Source: Hyphomicrobiales bacterium (GTDB taxonomy: Bacteria > Pseudomonadota > Alphaproteobacteria > Rhizobiales > Hyphomicrobiaceae). From it: DNA of 64,000 nucleotides. A program made the translations under genes and the position numbers. The notes under the pieces are model-generated. The model was given only the letters and a program-made list of their open reading frames with translations, was not told the origin of the DNA and made no database searches. Positions 59,379 to 64,000 of the stretch are shown in pieces (positions within the stretch are counted from its first letter, which is position 1; every line of letters starts with the position of its first letter). The DNA lies in assembly GCA_031367895.1 (NCBI GenBank), contig JANLQP010000104.1:6375-70374 (forward strand). Direction: 5' to 3'.

Positions 59379-59436
59379 TGGTGCGGACGGCGGGACTTGA
59401 ACCCGCAAGGCATTGCTGCCTCAAGATTTTAAGCCC
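59379..59436 (-). pseudogene. 3' fragment of a tRNA-Leu-like gene (anticodon loop to CCA); 5' half absent
   Basis: The minus strand reads GGGCTTAAAATCTTGAGGCAGCAATGCCTTGCGGGTTCAAGTCCCGCCGTCCGCACCA. Present are a long variable arm (AGGCA-GCAA-TGCCT), a T arm (GCGGG-TTCAAGT-CCCGC) and the 3' acceptor strand plus ACCA. The complementary 5' acceptor strand (GCGGACG) and 5' anticodon-stem strand are missing upstream. Confidence 0.6.
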
Positions 59437-59827
59437 TATCGGACCGGAGCCGAAGCTAAGCGCCTTGACGCACGGAGACGAAGTAATCCATTGATTATAT
59501 AATCATATCGTCGAGATCAATTGCGCCACCGTGCGCCATGAGTTGCCGCCATGCTTCACCGTTGTGCCGGTGGGAGGCCGAAAGCTTCTGTTTCATCAGC
59601 CACGCCGTATCCCACTTGACGTCGATATGGCGTGACAACTCAAGTGCCGCAGCGTGTTCCGGCGGTCAAGAATTTGCTCCATGGAACGCGTCGGAGTGGG
59701 ACAGCATTCGATCGCGCTTTGTGTCGAAGCCTGGAACAAGCGAACGGTTTATGGGGCTGCTCCAGGAATGGCCAAGGCAAGCGCGGCCTGAGCCGGTTCG
59801 GCCCGATGGAAACCGTGCCGAGCGATT

Positions 59828-60991
59828 TCACCGCACCGGCGCGGCTCGAGGCGCCACTGGCGGCCAACCGAGGGAGCCTTCTGGGCCGGGGCGGCTGCGC
59901 AGCCACCAGGACCAGTCCTCTGGGATCAGAGAGAATGGGTCGGTGTGCGACAACTCGCGCGCCGCCCAGACCGGCCAGTGCGGATTGGCCAACGCCGGAC
60001 GGCCAAGAAAGACGACGTCGACGAGCCCCTGACGGACGATCCGGTCAGCGACGGCGGGTATGCCCAGGTTCCAGCTGACACCGACCGGCAGGCCGACCTC
60101 CTGGCGCACGCGGGCCGCGCGGTCCACCATGAAGCCTATCTGATCGAAGGGCACGTCCTTCATGTCGTCGGTGTTCATACCGAGGCTGATGTCGGCAAAA
60201 TCGAGGCCGTGCTGCTTCAGCTCTCCGATCGCCCAGACGGCATCGTCGAACTGGATCCCGTGTTCGTTGAAGTCGTCCGAACCGAGCCGCAGGGTGAGCG
60301 GCAAATGCGCTGGCCAAACCTCGCGAACAGCGTCGAGTGCCTCCCGATGAAAGCGCAGTCGATTCTCACGGCTGCCGCCATATTGGTCCGTGCGTTGGTT
60401 GCCAAGCGGAGAGAAAAAGCTCGCTCCGAGGTAGCCGTGGGCGAAATGCATCTCGAGCCACTCGAACCCACATTCGAAGGCGCGCCGGGCGGCGCTGGCA
60501 TAGGCTTGGTGGATCTCCTTGATCTCAGCGATGCTCAACTGCTGCACGGGGAGCGTATAGCGGCGCCCATGCGGGATCGGCGAGGGGCCGCGCACCTGCC
60601 AGCCATCCGGGTCATCGGGCGGCAACTGCGTCTTGCCATGCCACGGCTTCTTCTCGCTGCCCCGCCGTCCGGTGTGCCCGAGCTGGATGGCGGGGACCGC
60701 GCCCATATCCTTGATGATGTGGGTTACCCTGCTCAAGCTGTTCTTCTGGGAGTCGTCCCAGATTCCGGCGCATCCGGTGCTGGTGCGGCCATCCGGCATG
60801 ATGGCGATTTGCTCGGGAAAAACGAGGCCGAAGCCGCCGGCCGCCCGCGATCCCATCAGCATGACGTGGAAGTCCGTCATCTTCCCGTCAATCGACCGGT
60901 ACATGGTCATCGGCGACATCGCAATGCGATTGCGCAAAGTCACGCCCTTGAGCGTGAACGGAGTGAACAGATCGGGCATTTCCGGAGGCAC
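59828..60991 (-). CDS. NADH:flavin oxidoreductase (Old Yellow Enzyme family)
   Basis: 387 aa. LRNRIAMSPM and HFAHGYL motifs are typical of OYE/YqjM-like enzymes. Confidence 0.9.
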   Translation of the reverse strand: MPPEMPDLFTPFTLKGVTLRNRIAMSPMTMYRSIDGKMTDFHVMLMGSRAAGGFGLVFPEQIAIMPDGRTSTGCAGIWDDSQKNSLSRVTHIIKDMGAVPAIQLGHTGRRGSEKKPWHGKTQLPPDDPDGWQVRGPSPIPHGRRYTLPVQQLSIAEIKEIHQAYASAARRAFECGFEWLEMHFAHGYLGASFFSPLGNQRTDQYGGSRENRLRFHREALDAVREVWPAHLPLTLRLGSDDFNEHGIQFDDAVWAIGELKQHGLDFADISLGMNTDDMKDVPFDQIGFMVDRAARVRQEVGLPVGVSWNLGIPAVADRIVRQGLVDVVFLGRPALANPHWPVWAARELSHTDPFSLIPEDWSWWLRSRPGPEGSLGWPPVAPRAAPVR

Positions 60992-61497
60992 CTAATCAGA
61001 TGGAAAACTGAACGCCCGCCTGGGCAGCCAGCAAAACGCGACGGCGGTCAGCCCGATTTTGCACGCCCATTCGATCTGCCGCGGCGAGACGTCCGCTGTC
61101 TCCCCGGGTCGATATTGAGCGAACCGCGGTGCACGCGATGGGTCACTTTCGACCGTTCTGACTTCCCGACTGCTATCCTACCACGAAGCCGACGAACGGC
61201 AAGCCTCTCCGCCATCTCCCCGCGAGCGTCGATATTGGCCCGTCGCGACTTGCCTCTAACGGACGGTATCAGACCAAACCGACCGTCGCCAAGCCAGATC
61301 GTGGTGCAAGATCGATGTGAGGCCCGACCGCCTCTGAGCGCGCCCCGGTGCAGCGCGACATCCCGAAGCCTACATTCTTGAGGACGGCGTCAGCGACGCT
61401 GGCCGCTCAGATGGCTGTGTCCGCAATCAGGAGTACAGCCGTCTTTTGTGGCGGCGATGGAGGCAGCGACGTTCGGCGGCGGAATCGTCAGCTCGAT

Positions 61498-62595
61498 TCA
61501 GCCCAAGATAGGCAATTCACTTTCTGGGTCGAAAAAGTGCAATCGACCTTGCTGGGCTGAGAGGTGGACCTGATCGCCCGCGGCAACTACCGTCTCGGCT
61601 GGGACGCGAGCGACCGTGACGCGGTTGTCGCCAACCTTGGTCTCCAGCAATATTTCGGAACCGAGTTGCTCGACGACTTCTACGCGCGCATCAAAGCCTG
61701 GCCCCGGTGCACCGCCCGTTAGGAACAGATGTTCGGGCCGCACGCCCATAGTCACCCGCCGGTTATTCTGGGCGGCGAGTGCTCGGGCATCACTGGCGGT
61801 AACCGTAAGGTTAAGTCCCGGTGCTTCGACCGTGATGGTGCCGCCCTCGCTGCGTAAAGTGACGTCGATGAAATTCATCGCCGGTGCGCCGATGAAGCCG
61901 GCAACGAACTTGTTGGCGGGCTTGCTGTAGACTGTCAGCGGCGAGCCAACCTGCTGCACCCGGCCGTCGCGCATGATCACCACCCGGTCGCCGAGCGTCA
62001 TGGCTTCGACCTGATCGTGCGTCACGAATACGGACGTGGTGGGCACCTGCGTGTGGAGGCGCTTGATCTCGATGCGCATCTGGGCGCGCAGCTTGGCGTC
62101 TAGGTTCGACAGGGGTTCGTCGAACAGGAATACCTGCGGATTGCGCACGATGCAGCGGCCGAGCGCGACGCGCTGCTGCTGCCCACCCGACAGCTGCTTG
62201 GGCTTGCGGTCGAGCATGCTGTGCAGGCCGAGCATTTCGGCGGCCCGGTCGATGGCGACTTTGATCTCAGGCTCGGGCGTTTTCTTGTTGCGAAGGCCAA
62301 ACGCCAGGTTGTCGTAAACGCTCATGTGCTGGTAGAGCGCGTAGTTCTGAAACACCATAGCGATATCACGATCGCGCGGCGGCAGATGATTGACCACACG
62401 ATCACCGATGCGGATCTCGCCACTGCTTATGTCCTCGAGCCCGGCGATCATCCGTAACGTTGTGGACTTGCCGCATCCGGACGGTCCGACGAGGGCCACG
62501 AACTCCTTGTCCGCGATGCTAAGGTCGACGTCCTTAACCGCGTGGAACAGCGAGCCGTAATGCTTGTTGAGTTTACTGAGGGTGATCGCTGCCAT
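61498..62595 (-). CDS. Sugar-type ABC transporter ATP-binding protein (UgpC/MalK-like)
   Basis: 365 aa. Walker A GPSGCGKST, signature LSGGQQQRV, and a C-terminal TOBE-like domain. Confidence 0.93.
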   Translation of the reverse strand: MAAITLSKLNKHYGSLFHAVKDVDLSIADKEFVALVGPSGCGKSTTLRMIAGLEDISSGEIRIGDRVVNHLPPRDRDIAMVFQNYALYQHMSVYDNLAFGLRNKKTPEPEIKVAIDRAAEMLGLHSMLDRKPKQLSGGQQQRVALGRCIVRNPQVFLFDEPLSNLDAKLRAQMRIEIKRLHTQVPTTSVFVTHDQVEAMTLGDRVVIMRDGRVQQVGSPLTVYSKPANKFVAGFIGAPAMNFIDVTLRSEGGTITVEAPGLNLTVTASDARALAAQNNRRVTMGVRPEHLFLTGGAPGPGFDARVEVVEQLGSEILLETKVGDNRVTVARVPAETVVAAGDQVHLSAQQGRLHFFDPESELPILG

Positions 62596-62665
62596 GTATC
62601 CGCCGGTCGAGGTCTGACGTGTATCCCCGCTGCGAGCCAGCGCAGCGGGGACATTTGTTCTGGGC

Positions 62666-63952
62666 TTACTGTGCGGCTTTACTCACCAGGGGTGCGCCCT
62701 CGGCGAGTATTTTTCCGATATCCTCGCGCTTGCCGGTGACGGCCTTGGTCACGGTATCGTTGAACGCTTTGTGCACCGCCGGCCATTGCGGGAAATAGTA
62801 GGCGCCCCGCACCTTCTCTTTGCTGTCCAGGACCGACTCCTTCAATAACGCCATGAACGGATCGGCAGCGGCAATCTTGGGCCAGAACGTCATGTTGGGC
62901 GGCGGCGCGCCGGTCGCCTTCCACAATTTGGTCTGACCTTCCTCATCCGTCATCATCGCTTCCAGCATCTTCTTGGCGATTGCCTTGCGTTCTGCGGGAA
63001 TCGACTTCGGGATCGCCCAGCCCCAGATGTCGTCCCAGGCGAACGACTTGGGATTGTCGGGCCCGACGGGGAAGCGCGCGGCGGCTACCTTGCCAGCAAC
63101 CTTCGACTTGGCCGGATCGTTGAACGTGCTCCACCACAGCGTGTCGGCAACCGTGAACGCGGCATCGCCGGCCATGAACACGGCGTTTGCTTCGTTGCGG
63201 TCATAGGCCGGCATGCCGCGCGGCGAGATCTTGTGAGTGTTGATCGCATCCCACCAGTACTCCACCGCCTCCTTCATGCACGGCTCAGTCAAACTCGACT
63301 TCCAGCCGGCTGCCGCGAGTTTCTTGTTGTCGCGCTCATAGGGCGGCAGCAGCACGTCGCAGGCGTTCCCCCACATCGACCAGAAGTACGTAAACCAGCT
63401 GTTGTTCATGGACATGCCGCCGACGTAGCCGAACTTGATCCGGTTGGCCGCCTGCAACTTGAGGCTCATGGCGACGAGTTCGGCGCGCGTCTTTGGCACT
63501 TCCTCCGGTTTGACCAGGTCGGAGCGGTAGAAAAACACGCTGAACGTCTGGCCCATCGGCACGACGGTGTTCTGCCCCTGCGCATTGGCGAACACGACTG
63601 GTGCGATGCCCCAGGGTTCCGCGAACTTGTTGGCGGCGACGTCGTCCATCGACTCCAGCAGGTGGGCCCAGGTTTGGCCCCAGTCGTCATTGTGCCAGAT
63701 AACGTCGTACTGGTCCGAGTTGGAGGTGAGCGACGCCGTCATCTTCTCGACGTAGACGCCGTAGGAGTTCGGCACCTTGATGATCTTGATGCCATTCTTG
63801 GCGCCCCAGGCCTCGAACATGGCAATAGACGCATCTTGGATCGGATTCGGCTGGTAGCCGATCCGCAATTCCTTCACCTGGGCCGTCGCGGCACCGGCCG
63901 CAACGGTCAGGGCTGTGGCTAGTGCCGCGCCCCACTTTGCAAGTCTGCACAT
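62666..63952 (-). CDS. ABC transporter substrate-binding protein (family 1, carbohydrate type)
   Basis: 428 aa. Signal peptide MCRLAKWGAALATALTVAAGAATAQ. Typical extracellular solute-binding pattern. Confidence 0.9.
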   Translation of the reverse strand: MCRLAKWGAALATALTVAAGAATAQVKELRIGYQPNPIQDASIAMFEAWGAKNGIKIIKVPNSYGVYVEKMTASLTSNSDQYDVIWHNDDWGQTWAHLLESMDDVAANKFAEPWGIAPVVFANAQGQNTVVPMGQTFSVFFYRSDLVKPEEVPKTRAELVAMSLKLQAANRIKFGYVGGMSMNNSWFTYFWSMWGNACDVLLPPYERDNKKLAAAGWKSSLTEPCMKEAVEYWWDAINTHKISPRGMPAYDRNEANAVFMAGDAAFTVADTLWWSTFNDPAKSKVAGKVAAARFPVGPDNPKSFAWDDIWGWAIPKSIPAERKAIAKKMLEAMMTDEEGQTKLWKATGAPPPNMTFWPKIAAADPFMALLKESVLDSKEKVRGAYYFPQWPAVHKAFNDTVTKAVTGKREDIGKILAEGAPLVSKAAQ

Positions 63953-64000
63953 CGCGTTTCCTCCTGGTTGCTTTCGTTTTTGTCGTCAGATCCGCAAACC

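Noticed and set aside
61109-61237. Direct 10-bp repeat GTCGATATTG at 61109 and 61228 in the 506-bp spacer between the ABC ATPase and the OYE gene.
   Set aside because: Two short copies in a 500-bp spacer can arise by chance, and no associated ORF or structure was found.
61498-63952. The sugar-binding protein gene is followed directly by the ATPase gene with no permease genes between them.
   Set aside because: The window ends 48 bp after the binding-protein start, so the permeases may lie just upstream. This is not interpretable from the window.

Overview
High-GC chromosomal window that looks alphaproteobacterial (Hyphomicrobiales/Bradyrhizobiaceae-like). That placement rests on gene content: Bug/TctC binding protein, the DUF3126-cysE pair, the TauE/TIGR02186 pair, and an AsmA-like giant next to bcp. 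Most of the window is ordinary core and metabolic DNA:
- MmgE/PrpD protein plus a family III CoA-transferase
- DegP-type protease
- the F1 ATP synthase operon atpHAGDC
- cysE, tRNA-Thr(CGU) and cbpA-cbpM
- a nine-gene hydantoinase/peptide-type ABC transporter operon
- dnaB
- an amidohydrolase locus with a GntR regulator, followed by paaG-paaI-paaK
- an envelope block: MOP flippase, PBP5-type carboxypeptidase and an MBOAT plus two-SGNH O-acetylation cluster
- TauE/TIGR02186, galE, an Old Yellow Enzyme and part of a sugar ABC locus

The most unusual feature is in the ATP synthase operon. Every junction after atpA carries extra same-strand genes. Two diverged two-gene cassettes (a small protein with a GPxGPxYxV motif followed by a VapD/Cas2-like protein) sit at atpA|atpG and atpG|atpD. 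An acidic 83-aa CPFCG protein sits at atpD|atpC.

Other points worth a second look:
- a CinA/PncC-like plus NadD-like fusion gene downstream of cbpAM and next to tRNA-Thr
- a 3' half of a tRNA-Leu-like gene beside an AT-rich palindrome, possibly an old integration scar
- a truncated crotonase remnant
- a variable G-tract tandem repeat in front of a micro-ORF
- a possible glycan or peptidoglycan O-acetylation cluster

I saw no CRISPR array, rRNA, transposase or intact integrase. The many long antisense or alternative-frame ORFs in the track are treated as high-GC artefacts.
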